This document shows positions 63,715 through 64,000 of a DNA stretch of 64,000 nt, piece after piece. The notes beneath the pieces were generated by a model that saw only the letters and a list, made by a program, of their open reading frames with translations, was not told the origin of the DNA and ran no database searches. The DNA lies in assembly GCA_937885645.1 (NCBI GenBank), contig CALABJ010000029.1, positions 52,679-116,678 on the forward strand. Direction: 5' to 3'. Source of the stretch: an uncultured Clostridia bacterium. Lineage in GTDB: Bacteria > Bacillota > Clostridia > Christensenellales > CAG-917. A program made the translations under genes and the position numbers. Every line of letters starts with the position of its first letter. Within the stretch, counting starts at the first letter, position 1.

Positions 63715-64000
63715 TTATGCTTCCACCAAGGTGTCTGCTGCCACTTCTTCCTTTTCTGCGTCTTCTTTTGCAAGTTGTTCACGCTTCTTTTCGATGTGTG
63801 AGTTGATGACACCGATTGCGAAGATCATGACCATTGACACTGCGCCGAAGATGTAGAGGAGGTTGCGGAGGGACATAAGTCCACAGATTGTGACAAGCAA
63901 GTTGCCTGATTCAAGCCAGCTCATATATTGATAGCCAAGGTAGCCCAGTTGGATGCCTTGGGGGATCAATGTGATTGCGATTGAACCGCTGTCTGTCACG
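63715..64000 (-). CDS. C-terminal part of a membrane protein (5' end beyond the right edge)
   Basis: The open frame reaches the window edge. Hydrophobic helices are followed by a charged tail (HIEKKREQLAKEDAEKEEVAADTLVEA). No family assignment is possible. Confidence 0.5.
   Translation of the reverse strand, partial: VTDSGSIAITLIPQGIQLGYLGYQYMSWLESGNLLVTICGLMSLRNLLYIFGAVSMVMIFAIGVINSHIEKKREQLAKEDAEKEEVAADTLVEA

Noticed and set aside
1-64000. Scanned for CRISPR arrays, rRNA genes, IS elements or transposases, integrases, and toxin-antitoxin-sized gene pairs.
   Set aside because: No short regularly spaced repeats were found, no rRNA-like conserved stretches, and no DDE, tyrosine- or serine-recombinase motifs in any long ORF. 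The only mobile-element trace is the helicase fragment in the low-GC islet.

Overview
This 64-kb window looks like chromosomal DNA from an anaerobic, Clostridia-like Firmicute, judging by gene content and by AGGAGG ribosome-binding sites (RBS); no database search was possible. About 85% of the coding sequence is on the minus strand.

Gene content, left to right:
- Housekeeping block: prfB (partial), secA, comFC, recD2, metK, rpoC, rpoB, and a divergent rqcP/yabO-like S4 gene.
- Three tandem paralogous 6-TM membrane proteins of unknown function.
- A fused ispDF gene and two alpha/beta hydrolases.
- A long acyl-CoA locus: CoA-transferase, a Liv-type ABC transporter with an unusual LivG, a KAS-III-like enzyme, FabG/PhaB-like SDR, thiolase, EtfAB, acyl-CoA dehydrogenase and a MaoC dehydratase. 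It is flanked by a TetR regulator and a GPH/MFS transporter.
- A redox/hydrogen-sensing operon: rex, adhE, kinase, 2x [2Fe-2S] ferredoxin, HydS, PP2C phosphatase, HydA.
- An orphan LysR regulator, then two 89-nt direct repeats.
- A low-GC islet abutting tRNA-Arg(CCT), carrying an ABC-type ATPase plus RloB/Toprim-like pair and a helicase remnant.
- An anaerobic RNR operon in which NrdD carries a C-terminal redoxin domain, followed by a TrxR-like gene lacking the NADPH motif, a DEDDh exonuclease and nrdG.
- An ECF sigma/anti-sigma pair, a yitT-family gene, pyrE, and two divergent paralogous envelope proteins with duplicated promoter and terminator modules.

I saw no rRNA, CRISPR array, transposase or integrase.

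All functional calls come from motifs I read in the translations. Family-level assignments and any novelty claims need HMM or BLAST confirmation.
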